A model generated the notes under the pieces. That model had not been told where the DNA came from and made no database searches. It saw only the letters and a list, made by a program, of their open reading frames with translations. Positions 40,943 to 50,431 of a DNA stretch of 64,000 nt are shown piece by piece (position 1 is the first letter of the stretch; every line of letters starts with the position of its first letter). The position numbers were made by a program, and so were the translations under genes. Origin of the DNA: Methylophilaceae bacterium (lineage in GTDB: Bacteria; Pseudomonadota; Gammaproteobacteria; Burkholderiales; Methylophilaceae); the NCBI GenBank assembly GCA_028823485.1, contig JAPKBG010000003.1:52898-116897 (forward strand), read 5' to 3'.

Positions 40943-40954
40943 ACCTACCCTTCA

Positions 40955-41029
40955 TTACTTCGCTGGAACTGGTAACTTTGCCTTCTTAGGTTTCTTCGTT
41001 TCCTTATTACTTTTCTGACTTTTACCCAT
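40955..41029 (-). CDS. 24-aa Lys-rich small protein
   Basis: MGKSQKSNKETKKPKKAKLPVPAK* with SD aggag upstream. Confidence 0.5.
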   Translation of the reverse strand: MGKSQKSNKETKKPKKAKLPVPAK

Positions 41030-41136
41030 GATGATACTCCTGTTGTGTAAGATTAGCCCATCATAGGCTGATGGTGGAAATAAGGTTAACTAATTAATGC
41101 AGACTAAGTGTAATTAACCACGTATTATCAAACCAT

Positions 41137-42000
41137 ATGAAAACACCACCAAGATTACTACCACTGCTAGAAGATGGCTTAATTGATAATGTCTCTCGAC
41201 AGCTGATGAGTGGCAAAGAAGCAACAGTATATGTCGTACAAAGTGGCGACAATGTCCTTTGCGCTAAGGTGTATAAAGAAGCGAATAAACGCAGCTTTCG
41301 GCAAAGTGTTGATTACACCGAAGGGCGTAAAGTTAAAAATAGTCGCAAATCACGGGCGATGGATAAAGGTTCAAAATACGGTAAACAAGCGCAAGAAGAA
41401 GCATGGCAAAGTGCAGAGGTCGATGCCTTATATCGGCTGGCCGATGCTGGTGTGACCGTACCAAAGCCGTATAACTTTTACGAAGGTGTGTTGCTGATGG
41501 AGCTGGTCACTGATGAGACTGGTAACGCAGCGCCTAGGCTCAATGACTTAAGCTTTACCGCAGAAGTAGCACGCCTACATCATCAGTCTCTCATCAAAGA
41601 AGTCGTCCGCATGCTCTGCGCTGGCATTGTGCATGGCGACTTATCAGAGTTCAACATACTGCTGGGTGAAAGTGGCCCTGTCATTATTGACCTGCCACAA
41701 GCTGTCGATGCCTCAGGTAACAATCACGCCAAGGACATGCTCTATCGCGACGTCAACAACCTAGCCGCCTTCTTCGGCCAATTCGCTCCAGAGCTACTCA
41801 ATACCCAATACGGCAAAGAGATTTGGGCGCTTTATGCAAAAGGCGCGCTATCCCTAGAAGTGGAATTAACAGGCCGCGTGAAAGAAAATCACAAGGCTGT
41901 AGATTTAAAAAGTGTTGTTAATGAGATTGATGCAATACGCGAACAAGAGGAAGCGCGGCAACTACGTATGCTAGAAGCGAGAAATACGCCTCCTAACTAA
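41137..42000 (+). CDS. RIO1-like Ser/Thr kinase (PA4780-type)
   Basis: LMSGKEATVY, CAKVYK, W.SAEVDALY, VHGDLSEFNIL, IIDLPQ. Confidence 0.92.
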   Translation: MKTPPRLLPLLEDGLIDNVSRQLMSGKEATVYVVQSGDNVLCAKVYKEANKRSFRQSVDYTEGRKVKNSRKSRAMDKGSKYGKQAQEEAWQSAEVDALYRLADAGVTVPKPYNFYEGVLLMELVTDETGNAAPRLNDLSFTAEVARLHHQSLIKEVVRMLCAGIVHGDLSEFNILLGESGPVIIDLPQAVDASGNNHAKDMLYRDVNNLAAFFGQFAPELLNTQYGKEIWALYAKGALSLEVELTGRVKENHKAVDLKSVVNEIDAIREQEEARQLRMLEARNTPPN

Positions 42001-42097
42001 ATGACTACTTTCTTATAATTCTATTGTTCGTTGACTGCTTTTTAATCGCTTGTGCTACTTCATCGGCTAACTCTTCATTGCTAACTGCACGTGCTAG

Positions 42098-42181
42098 CGT
42101 AGCAGGGTGGGCAACTTGCTTACCCCCGCGTAGCAATCATTAAAAAGTCACCAATTCGTGGGCAGAATCTGCCCACCCTAC
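42098..42181. repeat. GTAG-type REP doublet (REPIN-like)
   Basis: cgtagcagggtgggcaacttgcttacccccgcg ... cgtgggcagaatctgcccaccctac in inverted orientation. Confidence 0.7.
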
Positions 42182-42260
42182 TAAGCCGATTATTTGGTAA
42201 GATTGTTCCCTAAAAACTGGCTTCAACGCCTCAACCAATATAGAAATACAACATCACAAC

Positions 42261-43130
42261 ATGGTTCAATATAACCCCAAAGACTGGCTGACTTTTATCT
42301 TCCGATTTCACGAATCGGCTACTTTTCGGCAACTGATTCCAATGATGATACTCATTGGTTTGTACTCAGGCGCCATTGCTTATTTGGAGATTGAGTATTG
42401 GCAGTTATCTGAAAATAGCCATGTGAAGAACATTCCTTTACTGCACACCACTGTCGGTTTTGTATTGTCATTATTATTGGCTTACCGAACCAACACCGCC
42501 TATGAGCGTTGGTGGGAAGGCAGAAAACTATGGGGCGCTTTGGTCAACAACAGCCGTAATCTGGCACTTAAACTTTCTGCTTATTTGTCAGATGAAAGCG
42601 ACCGCAATTTCTTTAAAAATGCGATTCCGACTTATGCTGCGGTTCTAGCTGAACATTTAGCCAATGAAGAAGTCAGCAAGATGTTGTTTGACGACTTAGA
42701 TTTAAATATCGACCACCAAAAGCACAGCCCCAACCAAGTAGCAAAACTCTTATTCAAAAGAGCCAATGATCTCTATACCTCAGGCAAAATAACGGGCGAC
42801 CAGTTTTATATCATCAATGCAGAACTACAATCATTTACCGATATTTGTGGCGCTTGCGAACGCATAAAAAATACGCCCATTCCCTATTCTTACAGTGCTT
42901 TTATTAAAAAATTCATTTTCTTCTACATTATGACGCTGCCGTTTGGCTATGTGTTTAGTTTGGGTTATTACGTCATTCCAGTGGTTGTGTTTATTTTCTA
43001 TGTATTAGCTAGTTTAGAGTTGATTGCCGAGGAAATAGAAGACCCTTTTGGAGATGATAAAAATGACTTACCAACCAAAAAAATGGCTGCCAATATTAAG
43101 AAGCATGTGGAAGAGTTATTTCACAGCTGA
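42261..43130 (+). CDS. Bestrophin-family ion channel
   Basis: LLAYRTNTAYERWWEGRKLWGALVN, GACERIKNTPIP, EIEDPFG.D.NDLP. Confidence 0.93.
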   Translation: MVQYNPKDWLTFIFRFHESATFRQLIPMMILIGLYSGAIAYLEIEYWQLSENSHVKNIPLLHTTVGFVLSLLLAYRTNTAYERWWEGRKLWGALVNNSRNLALKLSAYLSDESDRNFFKNAIPTYAAVLAEHLANEEVSKMLFDDLDLNIDHQKHSPNQVAKLLFKRANDLYTSGKITGDQFYIINAELQSFTDICGACERIKNTPIPYSYSAFIKKFIFFYIMTLPFGYVFSLGYYVIPVVVFIFYVLASLELIAEEIEDPFGDDKNDLPTKKMAANIKKHVEELFHS

Positions 43131-43189
43131 CTTTCTCAATCGACTTGGCGGTTTACCGCCTAGCGAGGTTGGGGGTGTTAAGGAAAACT

Positions 43190-43402
43190 TTAATAATGCG
43201 GCGGTATCTCTTGCTGCTGTCCATTATCCTGCCCTGAGCTTTGCATGCTATGCATTTGCACGATAATCGACTCAACCGTGCGCTCTAGTTTTGCAATTTG
43301 GCCTTGTTGATCAGTAATGACTTGGTTAAGGTTTTCCAATAAGTCTTCTTGAAATGCCAGCTTCGTTTGTAATTCTATAATTGCTTCTTCGTTATTTTCC
43401 AT
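43190..43402 (-). CDS. slyX: SlyX family protein
   Basis: ELQTKLAFQE..LE.LN..I..QQ..I, C-terminal E.PPHY. Confidence 0.92.
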   Translation of the reverse strand: MENNEEAIIELQTKLAFQEDLLENLNQVITDQQGQIAKLERTVESIIVQMHSMQSSGQDNGQQQEIPPHY

Positions 43403-43540
43403 TAGTCGCACCATCTAATAAATCAATCAATAGGGCAAACGTAAAATTAAACTTCACTTCTAAACCGGGTGATGTGAACGTAACGGTTGCTATGAGTAGA
43501 ACCAAGTAAAAAGCCAGCTTAACACTGGCTTTATTTTTAA

Positions 43541-44233
43541 CTAACCACACTTACTTTCACCACAGTTCAAGCAAGTCAAACACCCATCCATGACGATACT
43601 GGCTTTGGTATTACATTTATGACAAAGCTGTGCGCCTTTTGGGAAGCCTTCGGCATTCATTTCTTCGCCTGCTTCGGCATGATTTTCTAGGTATTCTGCT
43701 TTTTTCTCATCAACGAGTTTTTGTTGATGTTCGTCTAGGCCTGGTTTTTCTAGCATACCGATGTTTTGTAGATGCTTCTCTACCACTTCACCGATTTCTG
43801 CTACTAGACTAGGGACGAACTTACCGCCTTTTTTAAAGTAACCGCCACTTGGTTCGAATACGCTTTTTAGCTCTTCTACCAAGAAAGTGACATCACCACC
43901 TTTACGGAACACAGCTGACATGACTCGCGTTAGTGCAACGATCCACTGGAAGTGCTCCATGTTTTTAGAGTTAATAAATACTTCAAACGGACGGCGATGC
44001 TCTTGCTCTGTGCCTGCGTTCATCACGATATCGTTAATCGTAATATAAAGCGCATGCTCTGTAACAGGCGTTTTAATTTTGTAGGTATTACCTACTAACT
44101 CTTCTGGACGGCTTAACGGCTCACCCATTTGCACCACATTGCTTTTCGCCGCTACTGCTTTGGCTTTTTCTTCCTCAGTCTCTGGTGTGACTAAGTTGTA
44201 TGCGGTGATTTTCTTTTCAATTTTAATTGCCAT
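43541..44233 (-). CDS. nrdJb: Class II RNR C-terminal subunit (TSCPD domain plus Zn finger)
   Basis: RPEEL.G.TYKIKTP..EHALYITIND, CHKC...DGCLTCLNCGESKCG. Confidence 0.92.
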   Translation of the reverse strand: MAIKIEKKITAYNLVTPETEEEKAKAVAAKSNVVQMGEPLSRPEELVGNTYKIKTPVTEHALYITINDIVMNAGTEQEHRRPFEVFINSKNMEHFQWIVALTRVMSAVFRKGGDVTFLVEELKSVFEPSGGYFKKGGKFVPSLVAEIGEVVEKHLQNIGMLEKPGLDEHQQKLVDEKKAEYLENHAEAGEEMNAEGFPKGAQLCHKCNTKASIVMDGCLTCLNCGESKCG

Positions 44234-44332
44234 TTTCTTTTCTCCTAGTGAGCTATCTCACGACCCTTTTGGGTTTTATTTAATTCAGTTTTTACTATTC
44301 AATTAATATTGCTACTTTAACCATTCTTAAAA

Positions 44333-44470
44333 TTCTAGCGTTTAAGCATCGCGAGCGGACGGAGTGCAAGGCAAAAAATTATTTTGACCCGGAATGTACA
44401 TTTAAGTACATGAGGATTTAAAACGATTTTTTAACACCGCAATCCTAAGCGCAGCAGCTTAAAACTAGAA
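44333..44470. repeat. Palindromic MITE/RPE-like element, copy B
   Basis: Terminal inverted repeats ttctagcgtttaagc/gcttaaaactagaa; core gtgcaaggc...tgtacatttaagtacatgaggatt...aacaccgca. Confidence 0.7.
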
Positions 44471-46633
44471 CTTTCCGTAGTAGCCTTCTTTTAAGGCATC
44501 GTAGAGATTGGCTGCTGTGTGAATCTCCCCATCATACTCAATCTCTTCATTACCCTTGGCTTCCACTTCTGTGCCGTCTTCCAAAGTAAATTTATACGTG
44601 GTGCTTTCTAAATCTTTCTCTGTCACCAATACGCCTTGGAAGGCTTCTGGGTTGAAACGGAAAGTCGTACAACCTTTCAAGCCTTTATCGTATGCATATA
44701 GATAGATGTTTTTGAATTCTTCAAAGTCATACTCTGTAGGCACGTTAATGGTTTTTGAAATTGAGCTGTCAATCCACTTTTGTGCAGCAGCTTGAATATC
44801 CACATGCGCTTTGGCTTTAATGCTTGAAGAGTCCATAAAATACTCTGGTAGTTTCTCTTCTTCTGATTCACCGAAAGGCATCGCACGTGAATTAATCAAC
44901 TCACGGTAAGCCAATAGCTCGAATGAGAAAACGTCGACTTTCTCTTTCGATTTTTTACCTTCACGAATAACGTTACGTGCGTAGTGATGAGCAAAGCTAG
45001 GCTCAATACCGTTACTTGCATTATTCGCCAATGAAAGTGAAATCGTACCTGTTGGTGCGATTGAGCTGTGATGCGTAAAGCGTACACCTTTGTCTGCGAT
45101 TTGATCACGCAGGCCGACTGGGAACTGCTGCATGTAGCGGCTGTATTTACCGATTAAGACTTTACCAGCAATCTTGTTGCCGACTTTAATACCATCCGCT
45201 GCCATCTCTGGGCGTTTCGCTAGCATGTCTGCTGTCACTGTGAATTTCTCATTCATGATTGGCGCTGGGCCTTTTTCATCAGCCAGTTGCACGCCTGTTT
45301 CCCAGCCGATTTCAGCCATAATGCGTGTCACTTCTTCTGTGAATTTAATTGAATCATCATCACCGTATTTTTGCTGCAACATAGTCATGGTTGAACCAAG
45401 ACCTAAATAACCCATGCCATGACGGCGTTTACGCGCTATTTCTTGACGTTGCTTTTCTAATGGTAAACCGTTAATTTCGACGACGTTATCTAACATTCTA
45501 GTGAAGATAGTCACTACTTTTCGATATGAAGCCCAGTCGAATGTGGCTTCTGGCGTGAATGGGTTCTTCACAAACTTGGTTAAATTAACTGAGCCAAGTA
45601 AGCAAGCACCGTATGGTGGTAATGGTTGCTCACCACATGGGTTAGTTGCGCGGATGTTTTCGCAGAACCAGTTGTTGTTCATTTCATTGACACGATCAAT
45701 CAGGATAAAGCCTGGCTCTGCAAAGTCGTAGGTGCTGGACATAATCACATCCCACAAGCGCTGCGCTTTAATCGTTTTGTAAATGCGGCAAGCCACTTTA
45801 CCAGCGTCTATGCCTTTTTCTTTAGTGAGATATTTATCTTTAATTGGCCATTCTCGCCAAACAACTTGATCTTGATTGTTAGTATCAAGGCCATCAACAA
45901 TCGCTTCTTTTTCTGTCACTGGGAAAGCAAGTTTCCAATCAGCGTCGGCTTTAACCGCTTCCATGAACTCTTTAGTGATGAGGCATGAAAGATTAAATTG
46001 ACGTAGACGACCATCTTCACGTTTCGCTTTGATGAAGTCACCAACATCAGGATGGCTAATATCGAATGTCGCCATTTGCGCGCCACGACGGCCACCAGCT
46101 GATGACACAGTGAAACACATTTTGTCGTAGATATCCATGAAGGAGAGTGGGCCAGAAGTCACTGCACCAGCACCTGCAACGAATGCGCCTTTTGGACGTA
46201 ATGTAGAGAACTCGTAACCAATACCGCAACCTGCTTTAAGCGTTAAGCCCGCCTCGTGTACTTTATTCAACACGTCGTCCATGCTGTCTTCAACCACACC
46301 TGATACGGTACAGTTAATGGTAGAAGTCGCTGGCTTGTGCTCTAGCGCGCCTGCATTAGAAGTAATACGGCCAGCCGGAATCGCACCGTGGCGTAATGCC
46401 CATAGGAACTTTTCATTCCACTCTGCGCGTTTTTCATCTGTCTCTTCTACATCTGCGAGTGCTTTTGCAACACGGGCATAAGAGTCATCTATATTTTGAT
46501 CAACATGCTCACCATTTTTAGTTTTAAGACAATACTTTTTATCCCAAATATCGAGTGAAACATCCTGCATTGGAATTTCTTGTACGTCTGATGCTGACGC
46601 TGACTTCTTGGCTGACTCTACTGCTTTTAGCAT
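44465..46633 (-). CDS. nrdJa: Adenosylcobalamin-dependent (class II) ribonucleotide reductase, large subunit
   Basis: PAGRI.SNAG, TINCTV, GGRRGAQM, TNPCGEQPL...ACLLGS, SIAPTGTIS, SISKTIN, GLKGCTTFR. Confidence 0.95.
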   Translation of the reverse strand: MLKAVESAKKSASASDVQEIPMQDVSLDIWDKKYCLKTKNGEHVDQNIDDSYARVAKALADVEETDEKRAEWNEKFLWALRHGAIPAGRITSNAGALEHKPATSTINCTVSGVVEDSMDDVLNKVHEAGLTLKAGCGIGYEFSTLRPKGAFVAGAGAVTSGPLSFMDIYDKMCFTVSSAGGRRGAQMATFDISHPDVGDFIKAKREDGRLRQFNLSCLITKEFMEAVKADADWKLAFPVTEKEAIVDGLDTNNQDQVVWREWPIKDKYLTKEKGIDAGKVACRIYKTIKAQRLWDVIMSSTYDFAEPGFILIDRVNEMNNNWFCENIRATNPCGEQPLPPYGACLLGSVNLTKFVKNPFTPEATFDWASYRKVVTIFTRMLDNVVEINGLPLEKQRQEIARKRRHGMGYLGLGSTMTMLQQKYGDDDSIKFTEEVTRIMAEIGWETGVQLADEKGPAPIMNEKFTVTADMLAKRPEMAADGIKVGNKIAGKVLIGKYSRYMQQFPVGLRDQIADKGVRFTHHSSIAPTGTISLSLANNASNGIEPSFAHHYARNVIREGKKSKEKVDVFSFELLAYRELINSRAMPFGESEEEKLPEYFMDSSSIKAKAHVDIQAAAQKWIDSSISKTINVPTEYDFEEFKNIYLYAYDKGLKGCTTFRFNPEAFQGVLVTEKDLESTTYKFTLEDGTEVEAKGNEEIEYDGEIHTAANLYDALKEGYYGKF

Positions 46634-46743
46634 TATTACTCCCGTTTTTATTGTGTATATACCGTAGCTTGTACGGTACTCTCCCTAAGGTTTTGATTTA
46701 TATAAATATTCACTATTTACATCAATCAAAATCTCACCTCTCA

Positions 46744-46791
46744 ACACAAGATGTTGTGCCAGAAGTGATAATTTAGGCCTTTATGATGTGT
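46744..46791. promoter_or_regulatory. Tandem NrdR boxes
   Basis: acacaagatgttgtgc (46744) and weaker ggcctttatgatgtgt (46776), starts 32 bp apart, upstream of nrdJa. Confidence 0.7.
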
Positions 46792-47020
46792 TTTGCAACA
46801 CTTTTTTACCTCTTAGTTTTATTCAAATCTGCACCATTTTTTGGCATCAAAAGACTAGGTTGCGCTATTAGTGGGATACAGCTAATGTGAGTGATTACCA
46901 ACCTAAACAAACAGCACAGAAAATAATTAAATAGACAAAAGTGTGATATCTGTGTAACAACTTTTGAACTAGCTGTTTCAAATGGCTATTGGCTGAGAAA
47001 ATTCTATGAGAAAATGCGGT

Positions 47021-48289
47021 ATGCCAAGACTCTTATATACGCTCTTACTTTATGTGGCTTTGCCATTTTTGCCACTTAAACTCTTGTGGCGCGGAATGAA
47101 GCAACGTGAATACCTCAAACACTGGGGTGAGCGTTTTGGCAGCTATGGTCAAATGAAGCCTTTAGAGCCAGTGATTTGGTTGCATTGCGTTTCTGTTGGT
47201 GAAACACATGCGGCAGCGCCATTGATTAAAGCGCTACAGCAGCAATATCCGAAACATCAGATATTGCTCACGCATACCACCCCCACCGGCCGTGCTGCGA
47301 GTGAGAAGCTGTTTGGCGATACGGTGCAGCGTGTGTATTTACCCTACGATGTACCGTTTGCCGTGCGACGCTTTTTAAAGCATTTTACGCCAGCGCTTGG
47401 TCTGCTGATGGAAACAGAGATTTGGTTTAATTTAATTGCCAGCTGTAAACAAAACAAAGTGCCATTGCTATTACTCAACGCGAGGCTATCTGAAAAGTCG
47501 GCAAAGGGCTATGCCAAGCTTGGCAGCTTAACGACCAAGGGGTTGGTCGCTTTAACCGCTGTTACGGCACAAAGCCAAGCGGATGCAAGGCGTTTGGTTG
47601 AATTAGGTGCACACAATGTCAGCGTCACTGGTAACTTGAAATTCGATGTCACGCCGCCAGATGAGAGTCGCGAAGATGGCTTAGCATTACGCACACTGTT
47701 CGGCAAGAGGCGGCTAGTGTTTTTAGCTGCAAGTACGCGAGAGGGCGAAGAGGCGCTGATATTAGAAGCCGTGCGTGGCTTAAAGGTATTAACGGTGATT
47801 GTGCCGCGCCATCCGCAGCGTTTTAATGCCGTCGCGGCATTGTTAGCAGAAGAAGGCTTCTCTTTTGTTCGCCGATCGTCCATTGCCACGCAGGTAGAAA
47901 GAAATGTGCAAGTCGTACTGGGCGATAGCATGGGGGAAATGTTTAGTTATTATGCAGCGTGTGACTTTACCTTTGTCGGCGGTGGCTTGCTCAACTTTGG
48001 TGGGCAAAATATCATTGAGCCTGCCATCATGGGCAAACCCATTTTAATCGGACAACATACGTTTAATTTTGCAGAGGCGAGCGCCAGTGCAATTGCGATT
48101 GGCGCGGCGATTCAAGTGAGCGACGCCGCTGATCTGCGTCATCAAATTTTAAGCTTATTACAAAATCCTGCTCAACGTAGCAGCATGCACAAAGCGGCGC
48201 TTCAATTTAGCCAATCGGCGACAGGTGCAACCGCCAGAACGATGACACTGATTACTCAGCTGGGTGGCAGCGCAACAACAACTACTTAA
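47021..48289 (+). CDS. waaA: Kdo transferase
   Basis: IWLHCVSVGE, TTPTG, YLPYD, METEIW, TGNLKFD, ASTREGEE, VPRHPQRF, GDSMGEM. Confidence 0.96.
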   Translation: MPRLLYTLLLYVALPFLPLKLLWRGMKQREYLKHWGERFGSYGQMKPLEPVIWLHCVSVGETHAAAPLIKALQQQYPKHQILLTHTTPTGRAASEKLFGDTVQRVYLPYDVPFAVRRFLKHFTPALGLLMETEIWFNLIASCKQNKVPLLLLNARLSEKSAKGYAKLGSLTTKGLVALTAVTAQSQADARRLVELGAHNVSVTGNLKFDVTPPDESREDGLALRTLFGKRRLVFLAASTREGEEALILEAVRGLKVLTVIVPRHPQRFNAVAALLAEEGFSFVRRSSIATQVERNVQVVLGDSMGEMFSYYAACDFTFVGGGLLNFGGQNIIEPAIMGKPILIGQHTFNFAEASASAIAIGAAIQVSDAADLRHQILSLLQNPAQRSSMHKAALQFSQSATGATARTMTLITQLGGSATTTT

Positions 48290-48854
48290 TTAGTTTTGAG
48301 ATGGCTTTAAACGCTTCGTGATTGGCATTGCCTAGCCATTCGAATACAACAGATTCCGTATTAGTGACGATACAACCTGCGCTGGCTAAACGTGCCAATG
48401 CGTTGGCCTTGTTTACAGGCTGACGGGAAATAACAGCATCAGCGACGACGAAGACTTGTTTGCCTTGTGCGATTAAAGCGAGTGCTGTTTGCAAGACACA
48501 AATGTGCGCTTCTAAGCCGACTAATACAATGTGTGATTTATCACGTTGTAACTTAGCTTTGACTTTCGGTTCTGCATAGGCTGAAAATGCCGTTTTTGCG
48601 ATTGGTTTGTTCGCTAGCAAATATTCTGCAATCTCTGGTGAAGTCTCACCTAAGGCCTGCGGATATTGCTCGGTAGCGATGACAGGTACTTGCAACAAAT
48701 TGGCCGCTTGCACCAAACGACTGCAGTTCTGAATCACAGCTTGCATCTCGATCGTCTGCATCTCACCACACAACTTAGCTTGCACATCGATAATAACGAG
48801 CTGGCTTGATGAAGCGTGGGTGAACTGCGTTGTCGCTTTGTGATCGTTAGACAT
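48282..48854 (-). CDS. Isochorismatase-family hydrolase
   Basis: IIDVQ.KL, TEQYP..LG.T, K..FS, GLEAHICVLQT, ESVVFEWL. Confidence 0.9.
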   Translation of the reverse strand: MSNDHKATTQFTHASSSQLVIIDVQAKLCGEMQTIEMQAVIQNCSRLVQAANLLQVPVIATEQYPQALGETSPEIAEYLLANKPIAKTAFSAYAEPKVKAKLQRDKSHIVLVGLEAHICVLQTALALIAQGKQVFVVADAVISRQPVNKANALARLASAGCIVTNTESVVFEWLGNANHEAFKAISKLIK

Positions 48855-48856
48855 GA

Positions 48857-50422
48857 TTAGCTATCAACCAATAATTGATTATTAATTTCTTCTAAATCCA
48901 TAGGAGAAAGTAAGCCTGCGGAAAATTTCAATCGAATAATATTCACCAAGTAATTATATCTTGCCTGCAGCAAATCCCGCTTAGATGAGTATAGTTGTTG
49001 TTGTGCATCCAGCACATCAATACTGGTTCTCACACCGACCTCATAACCGAGTGTCGTTGATTCCAGTTGGCTTTGCGTACTGGACAACGCTTGCTCTAAA
49101 GCGCGAACTTGGGCAATGGTACTGTCCAAATTAAAGTAATGGCGCTGTGTTTCTAAGTTCGTTTCTCGCATGGTAAGGTCTAGCTCATGTTGCGCTTTCT
49201 GCTTTTCAAAGCCAGCTTGTCTGGCCACAGAACTGATTGCACCACCTTGATAAATTGGAATATTTAACTCTATCCCAATGGTGCCATTATTGAGGTCGCT
49301 GCCAAACCCATTGGCACTGCTATTCGCATAACTATTCGAATAACTAGCAACCGCGTCTAAGGTTGGCAAGTGTCCAGCTTTTGCGACTACGATTTCTCGC
49401 TCTGCAATCGCTACATTATCTTGCTGCATTTGTACGTTTAGGTTGTTGAGCAAGGCGACTTGTTGCCAATCCTCAATGGTCTGCCTAAGTTGCGCTACCT
49501 TGATGTCAGATTTCACTGTCGCTAATGTGGCAGGAAGCTGATTGGTAATAGCTTGTATACTCCGCTGCGCAATTAAAAACTCATTCTCTGCCGCTATCGC
49601 TTGTGACACCACCAAATCAAAACGGGCTTGCGCTTCATTCACATCCGTAATCGTAGAAGTCCCGACTTCAAAATTGGCCTGCGCTTGCTGTAACTGCTCA
49701 AGAATGGCTGTTTTTTGCGACTTGATTAGATCAATTTTATCTTGTGCAATCAGGACATCAAAATAGGCTTCTGTTACCCGAAGAATCAAATTTTGCTGAC
49801 TTAGGTGATATTGTTTATCGGCTAGACTGACTTGCGTTTTCGCTTGATTGATTTTCTCCCAGCTATCTTTGCGGAAAATCGCCTGTCTCGCCTCTAAGCT
49901 GTACCGGCGACTTTCGAATGAATTGCGCCCCTCATTACGAAAGATATTAACGCCAATATATTCAATATCCGTTTCCGATGCACTAGCACCAGCACTAAAA
50001 TTAATGTTTGGACGGTATAGCGCTTTACTTTGCTCGATCAACTCTTGTGCAGATTGGTTGCTGCTAAGCGCAGATGCCAAGGCAGGGTCGTTGGTCAATG
50101 CTTGCTGATAAATATCAATCAACGTTTGTTGCTGAGGCTTCGCCTGTGTCTGCACCGGCCCAGCATACTGGTTAACAAACACCGAATCTGCTTTACCTAA
50201 ACTTTCGGACAATGTTGTTGCCCTCACCAATCCTAATTCAGCATTATCACGCACACCGGTTTGATGATAAACTTCATATAACGTTTGTTGTTTTAAGGGT
50301 CGTGGCTCATCTTCCAGCACGATGGGATCGATATCGCTTAAGACGGTAATCAACATTAAATCAAACGAAGCAAACGCGATGTTTGTCGTCATTAACAACA
50401 GAAAGACTATTATTATTTTCAT
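48857..50422 (-). CDS. tolC: TolC-family outer-membrane protein with N-terminal extension
   Basis: L.DIYQQAL.NDP, AYFDVL, FEVG....TDVNEAQA, GYEVGVRT.IDVLDAQ; downstream of pcm. Confidence 0.92.
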   Translation of the reverse strand: MKIIIVFLLLMTTNIAFASFDLMLITVLSDIDPIVLEDEPRPLKQQTLYEVYHQTGVRDNAELGLVRATTLSESLGKADSVFVNQYAGPVQTQAKPQQQTLIDIYQQALTNDPALASALSSNQSAQELIEQSKALYRPNINFSAGASASETDIEYIGVNIFRNEGRNSFESRRYSLEARQAIFRKDSWEKINQAKTQVSLADKQYHLSQQNLILRVTEAYFDVLIAQDKIDLIKSQKTAILEQLQQAQANFEVGTSTITDVNEAQARFDLVVSQAIAAENEFLIAQRSIQAITNQLPATLATVKSDIKVAQLRQTIEDWQQVALLNNLNVQMQQDNVAIAEREIVVAKAGHLPTLDAVASYSNSYANSSANGFGSDLNNGTIGIELNIPIYQGGAISSVARQAGFEKQKAQHELDLTMRETNLETQRHYFNLDSTIAQVRALEQALSSTQSQLESTTLGYEVGVRTSIDVLDAQQQLYSSKRDLLQARYNYLVNIIRLKFSAGLLSPMDLEEINNQLLVDS

Positions 50423-50431
50423 GCGATTAAG

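Noticed and set aside
44465..46633. Possible intein or intron in nrdJa
   Set aside because: Length (722 aa) and motif spacing leave no room; no splice motifs seen
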